Position numbers and translations under genes: made by a program. A stretch of DNA of 63,241 nucleotides, the filler included, from Stramenopiles sp. TOSAG23-3 (lineage: Eukaryota): NCBI GenBank assembly GCA_900128585.1. It is 10 parts of 10 records of this genome, joined end to end, with 100 filler letters (N's around TTAATTAATTAA, not from the genome) between each part and the next. Parts side by side here need not be neighbours in the genome. Positions count along the whole stretch, not along the records: positions 15,231 to 22,740 come from LT643139.1; positions 22,841 to 30,341 come from LT643140.1; positions 30,442 to 37,940 come from LT643141.1; 7 more parts are not named here. One strand, 5' to 3'. The notes under the pieces are model-generated. The model searched no databases and was not told the origin of the DNA. It saw nothing but the letters and a program-made list of their open reading frames with translations. Shown piece after piece: positions 21,642 to 32,049 of this stretch. Each line of letters begins with the position of its first letter. Within the stretch, counting starts at the first letter, position 1.

Positions 21642-22145
21642 GGAAAGAAAAGAAAGAACTACGACGGTAGTAAATATATTATTATTGAAACCAAGGAAGC
21701 AACTAGCACAATAGGCACATCAGAGAAAGATAGAATATATAAAAAAATTCACTCCAATCCCCAAAAGGGAAATGCAACAAACACTAGACGACTATTCTGA
21801 ATATCAATATTTAAATTATAAACAATTTATATATAATCAATCTGTACCAAAGTACCAAAGTATAATTATTTGCTGCTTCAAGACTCAAGACTCCTCTCAC
21901 TTCTTCTTCTTTATTACCTTGGTGGTATTTCAATTTAAAATGATTTCCGTCCCCTCCATCATCCAACCTTATTATTATAGTCATATATAAAACCCTAACT
22001 TGTTATTTTAATTTAATTTTTTATATGATTTTATTTTTTCTCTCCTCTGCTGGTGAATTGGTTGGGTGGACGACGACGAGAAGAGTTATATTATTTAAAC
22101 TTATTATTATAGTAGTGTCTAGTTATTAAAATATAGAGGAAGGAA

Positions 22146-22177
22146 ACTGAGGACTAACTGAGGACTGAGGACTGAGG
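22146..22177 (+). repeat. Short tandem ACTGAGG repeat (4 copies) in the divergent intergenic region
   Basis: actgagg actaactgagg actgagg actgagg read directly. Confidence 0.7.
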
Positions 22178-22325
22178 ATGCCGCAGCAGAAAAGAGAGGT
22201 GGGGGTGGTTAAGCACAATTGATCATGTGAAAGAGAAGAAAGACCTTTCGTAGTGTTTAAATTCAGAGACGTTTTCATTCCTTTTCTTTCTGCCTCAACA
22301 TCAATATACAGACGTATTTTATAGG

Positions 22326-22740
22326 ATGTCGTGCCATCATCATACGTCTGCGTCCGATTTGGCTTCACAGAGCAACGTCGATACGATTCGACAGACCCAT
22401 ATCTCTCTGGACCTAAGGGCGGACTTTGAGAAGGAACAGTTAATAGGGCATGCTGTTATTAAATTTGTAGTTGTTGCGGACAAAGCGACAGAAATATGCC
22501 TGGACACCCACTCCCTGAACGTGAAAAGTGTCCGAATCGTAGACTCGGGGGAGCCTGCTACCTTTCGCCTCTCCGACCCGCACAAGGTCTTCGGTCGCGC
22601 GCTTGTGGTTGAAGTCCCGGGCGCTCTTCAGGGAAAGGGGTCGGAAGTCACCGTAGCCATCGAGTACGAGACGACCAAAGCAGGCGGGGCGATCCAATGG
22701 CTGCCACCGGCCCAAACCGAGGGAAAAAAGCACCCCTTCC
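22326..22740 (+). CDS. LTA4H: Leukotriene A4 hydrolase-like M1 aminopeptidase, 3'-partial
   Basis: D.ASQSN....THISLDLRADF..EQLIG, LDTHSLNVKSV, FGRALVV, IEYETT....AIQWLPPAQTEGKKHPF matches the LTA4H N-domain. Truncated by the contig end. Confidence 0.87.
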
Positions 22741-22842
22741 NNNNNNNNNNNNNNNNNNNNNNNNNNNNNNNNNNNNNNNNNNNNTTAATTAATTAANNNN
22801 NNNNNNNNNNNNNNNNNNNNNNNNNNNNNNNNNNNNNNNNCC

Positions 22843-25407
22843 CAGGCGTCATTTTCATCCACACGACAACGTCCATGTATATCGGTTGCTTCGACCGGAC
22901 GGCTTCTTGCACCTGGCGGCTTCTTTGAAATAAGAAAAGAGTATACGTTCCATTACTACAACAAGCCGAACGTCAAGACAAAGGCCCAAAGTTTTTCGAA
23001 CCAACCGTACCGCTGCCTTGCCAATGGAATTTTTCGGTCCCAGCCAGCGGCGTACCGCTATGCCGAAGTGCACGGCTGCCCAGAGCCCACGAAAAAAGTC
23101 TACGAAGTGTACCAAAATGCCTGCAGGGCCGAAATGGTGAACCTTTTCAACGATGGGAACTGGGTGCCGATGTACGAGCAGCTTCTCGTGTTGGTAAACC
23201 TCGCCGGCTTGAGCTACAACGCCCAAATCTCTCAGATTTTAACATCCATCTGCGGGCAGCTGCGGCAGCTGTCCCTGGAGGCAGCCACCCTTTCCAAGGT
23301 TATGGATCGCATTCTGCACCACCACGGAATAAACCAAAACCTCCTGGAGCTGATGGAGACAAACGTACATTTCCAGTTCAAATCCTTTTACAAACGAAAC
23401 GCCGCCCTGGTCCAAGGGGGTGGATTGGGCCGCAGCAGTACCTTCGCTGCCCTGAAACTACCCATCAGGGCCCTGCTTGACAGTCTGTTTGACATCCGCA
23501 CTAGAGAGCTGATCCTGTCTGACGATTCGGTCCGGTACCTGCGCGACATTGGCCGGATGTATAGAACTGGTGAGCTGTCTTTGGCCGCCGACGCGAAAGA
23601 GCTGTTCGTAACTTTGAACGTTTTGGTCGAAAAATCGGTCGCAAAAGTGACGGACGCAAGGCCAAAGGCAAGCCCCGTCAATGTGCCAAAAACGCCGAGG
23701 CTTGACGTGGACAAGGAGACCAACCACAACATTGAAATCAATCGCTTCCCGGCCAAGATTGCTCGAGAAGCTGTTGTCTGCCAGTACTTTGCAGACTCCC
23801 ACATGGATACGACCATGGCAGAAATCTACAAAAACTTGTTGACTGAGCCGCTGTACCCGAACCCGTTCCCGCACATCACCAGGACCCTGCAAGGGGCGTG
23901 GGCCCGCAACCAACTGTGGATCCAGAGCGACGACAGCATCGAAGAGGAGTTGTTTTCGACCCCGACCACCTGCCTGGAGCGGCATCTGGAAAGCCAGCCG
24001 ACCTGTTACGTGGAAAGCTGCGGGAAAAAAGATGAGATGATATTTGGGGTTCACAATGCCTTGTCCTGCGCAGACCCCCACCTGCTGGACAAGCTGTTCG
24101 ACCATCTGCCGATCTTGCAGAACAGCACCGACGCATCTGTGCACATGAAGAACAACACGGAGCACATCTGCACTGCCCTGACCCGTGACACCGTAATAGA
24201 GTCTAGGATCACGTCCTCCCAGCAAGGCGGCCTGCCGAGCTTCATAGAGTGCCACGAACATTACCCGATTGAAGGGGCAGTCAAGCGCAGTGCCATCCGT
24301 CTGTTCGTGGAGCATATCATGATGTACGTGAAATGGTTCCAGGAGGGCACGGCCAACATCGTGCGGGCCTTGTCTACCGGTGCGTGCGGGGACGAGAGTA
24401 TATTTACAATGAAAAGCAACCGGATGAATTTCAATATCGCCCAGGTCACAAAAAGTGTCGCCACCGTCCGAAGGGAGCTCCTGAAGGCCGCTGCGGACCA
24501 GCATGGTATTTGCATGCATGCTTTTGTGAAGCTTGGACCGCCGTTCCCGAACGATAAGTGGATATATCTCCGCAAATGGTTTATTTTGCATTGGAGAGAC
24601 CCTAAAACGGAATGCATTGAACACCACTCGCAGGACCTTTGTCAGGCAATATACGAAGACGCGTTCTTTGACCAGACTGTCGCGGAGATTGCCATGGAAG
24701 CGCAATTAGACCCGAACAAGTTCGGTCAAGGTTATGAAAACCCAGCCAATCATTCCACGGCCATGTACGAAAAGTATGCGCTCGCAACTCGAACGGAGGT
24801 CGCTCGCTGCTGGAAAGTGGGAAACCTCGTCGGCGCCTACCACGCACTTCTTCCGTATGCCCTGGCGCACGTCGAAGACGAGGAAATTATGCTGGATTTA
24901 GTCCGCATGCTGCGGAGTCCAGCACAAAAGTTGACGCACTTTCAAGTGGAAAATTGCGTTTTGCAGCATTTGATTACTGGCTTTTCCAGCAAAGACAGTG
25001 ACGATTCTGCGAAAGACAAAATTTCGTCCGCAACAATCAAGCGTCAGCTTGTGCAGCACCGCCAAGAAGTCTTGACGGTGTTAGAAGATGTAGGGGACGT
25101 CTTCGTGTCGGGCTCGCTAATCGAAATGAACTCAAAATTGTGCCAAGTGGAAAGGTACATAGGTAGCAACGACGCCACGAAAGTCGCCGACTCGGTAGAA
25201 ATGCTGAAAGAGTGTGTGGCGTATATGAAAGGCATAGCAGCCTGTATTGCGGACGCCGTTCACGCGAACTGTCCGCACATCAATGATGTCATTGAACGTT
25301 GCGTCGACGAGTATGAAGAATCGCTTCATGTTACTGCAAAAGATAGTGGCTTTCACGTGGACGTGGATCATATGGAGAGCCAAATCGATACCTACGACGA
25401 CATTTAA
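22843..25407 (+). CDS. Hypothetical protein, 5'-partial, with internal repeat and a Dpy-30/RIIa-like docking motif
   Basis: Frame open from the contig edge (22843) to 25407. QYFADSHMDTTMAEIYKNLLTEPLYPNPFPHITRTL resembles a dimerization/docking helix pair. Confidence 0.7.
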   Translation, partial: QASFSSTRQRPCISVASTGRLLAPGGFFEIRKEYTFHYYNKPNVKTKAQSFSNQPYRCLANGIFRSQPAAYRYAEVHGCPEPTKKVYEVYQNACRAEMVNLFNDGNWVPMYEQLLVLVNLAGLSYNAQISQILTSICGQLRQLSLEAATLSKVMDRILHHHGINQNLLELMETNVHFQFKSFYKRNAALVQGGGLGRSSTFAALKLPIRALLDSLFDIRTRELILSDDSVRYLRDIGRMYRTGELSLAADAKELFVTLNVLVEKSVAKVTDARPKASPVNVPKTPRLDVDKETNHNIEINRFPAKIAREAVVCQYFADSHMDTTMAEIYKNLLTEPLYPNPFPHITRTLQGAWARNQLWIQSDDSIEEELFSTPTTCLERHLESQPTCYVESCGKKDEMIFGVHNALSCADPHLLDKLFDHLPILQNSTDASVHMKNNTEHICTALTRDTVIESRITSSQQGGLPSFIECHEHYPIEGAVKRSAIRLFVEHIMMYVKWFQEGTANIVRALSTGACGDESIFTMKSNRMNFNIAQVTKSVATVRRELLKAAADQHGICMHAFVKLGPPFPNDKWIYLRKWFILHWRDPKTECIEHHSQDLCQAIYEDAFFDQTVAEIAMEAQLDPNKFGQGYENPANHSTAMYEKYALATRTEVARCWKVGNLVGAYHALLPYALAHVEDEEIMLDLVRMLRSPAQKLTHFQVENCVLQHLITGFSSKDSDDSAKDKISSATIKRQLVQHRQEVLTVLEDVGDVFVSGSLIEMNSKLCQVERYIGSNDATKVADSVEMLKECVAYMKGIAACIADAVHANCPHINDVIERCVDEYEESLHVTAKDSGFHVDVDHMESQIDTYDDI

Positions 25408-25968
25408 AGGGACCAGGGGGGTCAGCCGCTCACCCACCACCACAGCATGAAAAACATTATATTATTCATTGGAAGATTTTTACACTGCACAGCATTGTGT
25501 ATTATTAATTAATTGTTATTTTATATATATTTTTTATTTGTATAACGACGAAAAACCATATTTTTTATTACCTAAAATTATATATCAAGCCTAACATTAT
25601 AATAATAGGACTTGTGTATAATTACTTTTTATTATACTCTATACTATTACGAGGAGTTATATTGTCCAATAGAAGACTTCTCGATTTTACCACCACCACG
25701 AAGAAGCCACGAAGGAAGAAGACAAACAAAATAATATATATCCCAAAAGAGGAGAAAAATATAATATATAGCACAACACCCACATTTTGATGTTCACAAG
25801 ATGCTTAATGACTTTATTAATATAATGGTTCGATCACGGAAAGTGATGGGTTCGTTTTTCTTTTTTAACAAAGCATACACACGCGCAGATACTTGTTGCA
25901 CGGTGGTTCGTTTGTTTTGACGAGTGGGGAAAGGGTGCGGTAAAGTCTATTTTCAAGCCTAAATAATA

Positions 25969-26748
25969 ATGTCGGGACTTGATAACGGAATTATCACTGC
26001 GATAGTTGCGGTGACAGTTAGTGCCGCTCTTTTGCTCTTCTACTACATGATTGAAAGCAAAAAGAAGAAAAGAAAGCTTTTGTGGAAAAGGACGGAGACC
26101 CTAACCGAAGAAGATGTGCTGGAATTGCAAGTAACAACGCACCTGGAAGAGGAAGTGATTCGCGCATTATACTTAAGGTACGACGAGCTGGATTCAGACA
26201 ATTCTGGTACGATTACAGCGGCAGAATTTTGCCGGATGAAAGAGATGGTGGTAAATCCCCTTGGGTTCAGAATATTTGACGCGTTTGATAAAAATGATGA
26301 TGGCCACCTAGATTTTTCTGAATTTATCAATTTGGTCACAGTAATGTCGCACCATGGCACCGCTGCGGACAAGCTGCTGGCATTGTTTTCAATGTATGAC
26401 GTGGATGGGGATGGACGAATCAATAGGACTGATCTGAAGTATATTTTAGAATTGGTCACCCATAGGCCTAAAACAAAGGAGGAACTGAAAGGGATATCAA
26501 AAGAGGCCTCTTATGCGGGCCTTACTGAAGAAGAGCGTGAGGAAAAGGAGGACGAACACGCAGAAGAAGCAAATAAAATATGGGACGGGTTCCTGGACGG
26601 GATCGTTTCGAAGGTAATGTTTGAGTCCTCTTCTCACCCCCACCAAACGAGTCTCAGCGCAGAAGATTTTTCGAAAGCCATTTCAGAGACTAGGGTGGAT
26701 TACCAAGAAAAAATGAACGTGGAAATCGACATTGACGACCACCTCTAA
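25969..26748 (+). CDS. Calcineurin B-like EF-hand protein with N-terminal transmembrane anchor
   Basis: RY.ELDSDNSGTITAAEF, NPLGFRIFDAFDKNDDGHLDFSEF, KLLALFSMYDVDGDGRINRTDL. N-terminal hydrophobic helix followed by KKKKRK. Confidence 0.85.
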   Translation: MSGLDNGIITAIVAVTVSAALLLFYYMIESKKKKRKLLWKRTETLTEEDVLELQVTTHLEEEVIRALYLRYDELDSDNSGTITAAEFCRMKEMVVNPLGFRIFDAFDKNDDGHLDFSEFINLVTVMSHHGTAADKLLALFSMYDVDGDGRINRTDLKYILELVTHRPKTKEELKGISKEASYAGLTEEEREEKEDEHAEEANKIWDGFLDGIVSKVMFESSSHPHQTSLSAEDFSKAISETRVDYQEKMNVEIDIDDHL

Positions 26749-27009
26749 AAATTAACACAAGGCCAAGTCGGGTTGTTCATATAATTGTGACGGTACAAAA
26801 ATCAGTTTTGAAGCTTTCCGGGCATAAATGTGTGTGTGCCCCGGCAGAGATTTTGAAACGTATTTTTAATTTATAAAAGCTTTAAATAAATCTGCTGAAT
26901 TTGTATGTAAATTCTTCCCTTAAATTATTTTGACATCGCATTTTCTCAGACGCTGCTTCAAATAATGTGCAATGCCACTAAAAGATTTCCTCATGCTCAT
27001 TCGGTCCGT

Positions 27010-27585
27010 CTAAGAGAACGATTTGAGCGGTATTTTTGGTACCTTCGAGGAACGTTTGCCAATCTTCCAAGTCAGCCCTCTGCCTGGCCTGTTTTTCTGA
27101 CGTTCCACCCGCCGCGCCTGTTGTGCTTTGTACTTTTTTTCGTACTTCAAAGATCTGTTTCCCAGCCAGCTTACACCTTGCATCAGAATTCCCAGTATCA
27201 CAAAGGCTGCAAAAATGCATTTGGCAAAAGTGGTTTGGTACCACTTGGTATACGCCTTTTGAAGAAGGCCCCGTGATCTCCTTTTTTTCTCTTCCCATAA
27301 CCAGTTCTTCACATTTTGGGTAGTCTGCTGAAGAGGTGTTCTATCATTCAAGGACTTTGGAGGCTCCACATTCGAACGAGGTATGAGATTCTCTTTTCTT
27401 TCAGACGGCTTTTCCGTCATTTTGCGCATTATGTCTTTCATCTCCTCCTGACTCACAGGAATATTCTGTTGGTCCCCACCACTTTTAATTTCAACACCCC
27501 GTACATCGAACTGGTTCTCAATTCCAGCGTCCACAAAAACTACAAAAACTGCCGCAAGAAGGAGGGAGAAAGTCAGGCCGCTCAT
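27010..27585 (-). CDS. Hypothetical protein with signal peptide and one TM helix
   Basis: MSGLTFSLLLAAVFVVFVDA signal; CIFAAFVILGILMQGVSWL TM; basic cytosolic tail. Confidence 0.65.
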   Translation of the reverse strand: MSGLTFSLLLAAVFVVFVDAGIENQFDVRGVEIKSGGDQQNIPVSQEEMKDIMRKMTEKPSERKENLIPRSNVEPPKSLNDRTPLQQTTQNVKNWLWEEKKRRSRGLLQKAYTKWYQTTFAKCIFAAFVILGILMQGVSWLGNRSLKYEKKYKAQQARRVERQKNRPGRGLTWKIGKRSSKVPKIPLKSFS

Positions 27586-28122
27586 CGCACACGGTATCTA
27601 TATTTTCTATTTTGATAAAGCAAGCGTTCCCCTGGGCAATTCTTTGATAAAGAAAAGACTTCTTCGAGAACAGACGAAATACTCTCCCGTTCTTTCCTTC
27701 TTTATTTCGGGAGTGTGATTAATTAATAGAAGAATTAAATAATTGATTTCAGAAAAAAAATTTATTAGACGGTACTGCTGTATTACACAACATACAATAA
27801 TAATAATTTTTTTTTTTAAATCTATGATGAGAGATGCTGCTGTTCTGATGAGAATACGAGGGATGATATTTTTTAATAAAATAAAAAAACAAAAAATTGG
27901 CTGTTATATTTAAAGGTAATTAAAATTTAGAGACTTGAGGCACATCGATCGATGTCAACAAGAAGAACAACAAGGCAACAAAACATCCCTTTTACTGACT
28001 GTGAATAGACAAAATAAACAATTTTTTAAACACTTTGAAATTTATAAAAATTAGTCTATGAATTTAGTTGTGTGATTATTTCTTTGTTGTTGTGTTCGTC
28101 GCATTTTTATACACACTTTTAA

Positions 28123-30339
28123 TTATTTCTGTTTTTTAGCAAATTCATCGTCGCTTTCAGGTAAACCGATGTCTGTAACATTGAATGAAGCGGTGCCCAC
28201 GACACGATTTAACTTTGTATCCCTCATGGTTAAATGCCAGGTACTTGTCTTTGATGGAAAGTTTGGTTTCAAATAATACCACGTCTTTATCCACCCTGGC
28301 TTTAAACGTTGCTTAAACGAATAAATTTCGTTGGACGGGTCGGCAGTCTTATACTCGATGACACGCTCCTCGTCGCAGCTGTGCCAAGTTGATTGAATTG
28401 TTATTTTCGGTAGCATCTTGCTGACACCATTCGGTAATTCTTCAAAGTCTCTGCTCTTAGAGTCGAGCAAGTGGCCTATTCTTACCGATTTTGCAACCGA
28501 AGCGCATGGATCGAACGTTGGAGTTTTCGACGCGGCTTCCACGACCTCCACAGTACCGCTCAACAAACGCGTGCTGGTGGTGGCGTCTTCGGCGGACCAA
28601 ATAATGACTTCCCACTTCCCTGGCTTCAAACCATTGAGATGCTTGACGGGAAACCATGTTGTATGCCACCCTGGCATGACTTTGAATGTACTCAGATAAC
28701 GATCATTTTCCGTAAAGCTGCTATGTTTTGAGACCATGGGCTTGTCTGAGTAATGCTTCAAGCTCTTGTGAAGCTCGACTGGGGCAAAATCAAACACAAC
28801 CTTCGTTGCCTGCTGGTACGGAACCCACTCGTTAAAGACAACAAATGATTTTGCGTCCCTGCTTATGTTCAAAGTTTTCTCGAATTTCGCTTTCGGCGTC
28901 TTGTGGCCAAATACGAGTTTTTTTGGCCCCCGCTGTCTCATTGATGGAGTGCTGTTGAAAAACCTCTCGTCGCACTTACCAGCAGTGTCATAGTTTGCCA
29001 ACTTCGTCGTGAACCAACAATGGACATGTATGTACCAATCCTGCGTTTTCATTTGGTAGACATCAATGATTTTTTTGTATGACGCGTCGTTCGCAAGATT
29101 ATTCTTCTCCTCCGGGTCGACCTCGAGGTCATACAATTCCACGTGCGCTCCAACCTGGTTGGATATCATCTTCAGCTTTCCATCACGCATACCCCACTGT
29201 AGTGGAGAAGCCGTCTTATGAAAAAACTGCATTTGCAGGTGATATTGAGGAGACAGCAAGTTTTGCCCCGGTATTCCCGTGATGGGTTTGCGCTCACTCG
29301 TTTTTCCAAATACGAAAGCGATGGTCGTGGGGAAGTCGTCTCCTACTGAAGCCAATCGCGAAGATACGCAAGGCCCGACTGCTCCACTCCCACGAATATT
29401 TTTGCCTGCAGATGTGCCCTGCACTTTCCTTGCTCTACATTTGGGGGGTTGCACCGAAGGATCGTGCAACATCAAAAAGGAGACAATGTTCTCGTCGTAC
29501 AAAAAGTTTTTGTGCAAAAAATTCCTGGGGTGGTCACCATTTGCACGGCCAAATGCTTCGCCGTGGTCCCCTGTAAGAATGATGACGGTGTCCTTGTACA
29601 AGCCCTGCTTTTTAAGCCCAGCGACGAGAACGCCAAGAGAGTAGTCAGTATAATGCAGCGAATTCTTATACTTGGTAAACCTAGGGTCCCCCCCCTGAAA
29701 TGGGGCTTTGTAGTCCCTGGGAACACTGTACGGGTGGTGCGTTGCGTCCGGGAGGAGGTGGGCAAAAAATGGTTTCTCGCCCCTGCCGGCATCTTTGAAC
29801 CAATCCAAAGCCTCTTCCGCCATTGTGTGGTCGTTCCCTCCCCAGGAATTCAAGTACGCATTTGTTCTGAATTTCTTGCTTGCTATGCCGTAGTGATGGA
29901 ATTTGTCGTACTTCATATTTTTGTAGAAGGCTGCCAAGCCCTCAAAACGAAGGTCGGAAGCCGCGAACAGTCCGGTCTGGTAACCCTGCCGTTGGAACTC
30001 TCTCGTAAGTAGCTTTCCGTTGTAAGGTTTTGTATTTTGGTTCCCAATACTCCCTTGAGTAGAAGTCAACCCACCGGTAGCCATAGGCATATGCGTCCTA
30101 GTTGTGCTCGGAAAAGTGTCGTATATTTTATTAAAGGTCACTGACTCCTGCTGTAATTTTGCAATATTTGGCGTCAGGGCTGGGTCGGCAACCCCGTCCT
30201 TGCCTAACAACTGTTTCGACCCAACGCTTTCGACGATGTAAACGATGACATTTTTTTTCTTTTTCCTGTCCTTCGTTGCCGCGTCGACGCCCATTCTATA
30301 CTTGTTCATCCATGCTGCCTCGGAACTTTTGATTGTCTG
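28123..30339 (-). CDS. Sulfatase/LTA-synthase (alkaline phosphatase superfamily) protein, 5'-partial, with C-terminal Ig-like beta-sandwich repeats
   Basis: NVIVYIVESVG, TPNIAKL, FPSTTRTH, PFFAHL...THHPY, YKNSLHYTD, DTVIILTGDHGEAFG, ELYDLEVDPEEKNNLA. Frame is open to the contig edge. Confidence 0.85.
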   Translation of the reverse strand, partial: QTIKSSEAAWMNKYRMGVDAATKDRKKKKNVIVYIVESVGSKQLLGKDGVADPALTPNIAKLQQESVTFNKIYDTFPSTTRTHMPMATGGLTSTQGSIGNQNTKPYNGKLLTREFQRQGYQTGLFAASDLRFEGLAAFYKNMKYDKFHHYGIASKKFRTNAYLNSWGGNDHTMAEEALDWFKDAGRGEKPFFAHLLPDATHHPYSVPRDYKAPFQGGDPRFTKYKNSLHYTDYSLGVLVAGLKKQGLYKDTVIILTGDHGEAFGRANGDHPRNFLHKNFLYDENIVSFLMLHDPSVQPPKCRARKVQGTSAGKNIRGSGAVGPCVSSRLASVGDDFPTTIAFVFGKTSERKPITGIPGQNLLSPQYHLQMQFFHKTASPLQWGMRDGKLKMISNQVGAHVELYDLEVDPEEKNNLANDASYKKIIDVYQMKTQDWYIHVHCWFTTKLANYDTAGKCDERFFNSTPSMRQRGPKKLVFGHKTPKAKFEKTLNISRDAKSFVVFNEWVPYQQATKVVFDFAPVELHKSLKHYSDKPMVSKHSSFTENDRYLSTFKVMPGWHTTWFPVKHLNGLKPGKWEVIIWSAEDATTSTRLLSGTVEVVEAASKTPTFDPCASVAKSVRIGHLLDSKSRDFEELPNGVSKMLPKITIQSTWHSCDEERVIEYKTADPSNEIYSFKQRLKPGWIKTWYYLKPNFPSKTSTWHLTMRDTKLNRVVGTASFNVTDIGLPESDDEFAKKQK

Positions 30340-31230
30340 CTNNNNNNNNNNNNNNNNNNNNNNNNNNNNNNNNNNNNNNNNNNNNTTAATTAATTAANNN
30401 NNNNNNNNNNNNNNNNNNNNNNNNNNNNNNNNNNNNNNNNNTAATTTTAAAAACAAAAAATTGGGCTGTTGTATTTAAAAGTAAAAAATTAAAATTTATC
30501 TTTTCCGAATATGACAAAGATCCGAAAATTTTGAGTCCATGCCATTGTCACTGCTACAGCCCGTACATCTGCACCACCTCGTGCTTCTTTTGTGGTTATG
30601 GCAAGTGTACAGTTCCATAGTCTAAATATCGTCTGTCTGTCTTGAGAGAGAGAGAGTGAAGAAAGGAACGAACAGGTGATATCAATGCTGGTCAGCTGAC
30701 GTTGTTCTTTAGTTTAGCACCGCACATCGTTAGATGGGTGCTTCTTGTTGTTTAAAACAGACGACTGGGAGGGAGGTAATTTCAGGCGCTGTGTGATATA
30801 TGTATTCGATAACGAATAATAACAACAACAACACCGCTAGAACGCTATAGCTATTCTTATTAAACTTCCACGCAGCAACACAACGACGCACATGTTGTTT
30901 TCCTATTCTACTTAACAGCGTCTTCTAAAAATATATTACCAAGAAGACACCAGCGTTCACAACCAAGAAAGCCCTATTACGACTGTTTAGCATTGCTGGC
31001 ATTCCATTTTTTATACTACTGCTGTTTATGAACGTCGTTGTTTACTCCGATTTTTTGAACGGAGTCTAGTAACAGGAGAGCGCTTCGGTACGATCTATCC
31101 AGTGTTCCCGTCTTAAAAATTAAATGCCTCTATGTTCATAAACGGTAAGAGGTACCTACAGAAACTAACACAATATCTGAGCATAGAAATTCTTTACAGC
31201 AACTAATTACTTTCAGGTTACAAAAATACA

Positions 31231-31734
31231 ATGGCAGGTGTATCGGCGTCTGATATTCAGTTGGACAACAGGGACCCAGAGGCGTTATATATGGCCAAAG
31301 ACAAACTCCTCAACGCGATATATGGTGACGAGAAAAGAATTACTGCTTTGGCAGACGAATTTGGCGAAGAAGCAAGGAATTTGAGGGTTGCAAACCGCAA
31401 ATACCTGAACGCAAAAAAACCAGAGACCATGCGCAAGTTGGCCCAGGAAGCAAGAAAGAGTAAGTGCGAAAAGATCACGGACAGTACTCCTTTGGACTGG
31501 TTCTATTTCACTCTCTTTGGATTTGGGCTTCACGCGATCACCGGCCTTTTATTCCTTCTTGGAGTGACTACTGTCCTGTTAACAGCCGACTCCGACGCAA
31601 TATTGTGGACATGGTTTGCTTGTGAGGGGACCTTTGCTTTGTTCGGCGTGAGCCAGATCATTAAAGCCAACGAGAACCGTGCGAAACGTGAGGCTGCAAA
31701 AGCTGCCGCAATGCTTGAAGAAGGGAATAACTAA
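31231..31734 (+). CDS. Hypothetical membrane protein (two C-terminal TM helices); possible upstream micro-exon from ATG 31132
   Basis: 167-aa ORF with two hydrophobic segments. Candidate intron 31145-31216 (GTAAGA...ACTAAT..TTTCAG) keeps ATG 31132 in frame. Confidence 0.7.
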   Translation: MAGVSASDIQLDNRDPEALYMAKDKLLNAIYGDEKRITALADEFGEEARNLRVANRKYLNAKKPETMRKLAQEARKSKCEKITDSTPLDWFYFTLFGFGLHAITGLLFLLGVTTVLLTADSDAILWTWFACEGTFALFGVSQIIKANENRAKREAAKAAAMLEEGNN

Positions 31735-31771
31735 GGGGGCGTTTTCATTGCAATGGTCACAGGTGCCTGTG

Positions 31772-32049
31772 AAACACAAATACAATTACATAAACGTTAA
31801 GCGCCCAAAGCAGCATTCAAATAGTTCAAATATATTTTAAAATAAAATAATAATTAATGTTTCCACCGAGATACCTCCACAGAAAGCACAGACCAGTTCT
31901 TAAAAAACACAAATACCTAAAACGTTAAGCGCCCAAAGAAGCATTCAAATATTTCAAAATATATTTTAAAAAAAATAAAACAATTAATAATTAATGTGTT
32001 CCACAGAGATATGTTACCTCCACGGAAAGCCCAGACCATTTTTTAAAAA
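31772..32049 (+). repeat. Two imperfect tandem copies of a ~135-bp unit
   Basis: aaacacaaatac...aaacgttaagcgcccaaag.agcattcaaata...acctccac.gaaagc.cagacca occurs at ~31772 and ~31905. Confidence 0.85.

Noticed and set aside
22326-25407. Joining the LTA4H N-terminus to the downstream 779-aa ORF
   Set aside because: Separated by a linker, and the downstream ORF lacks the M1 GxMEN/HExxH motifs.
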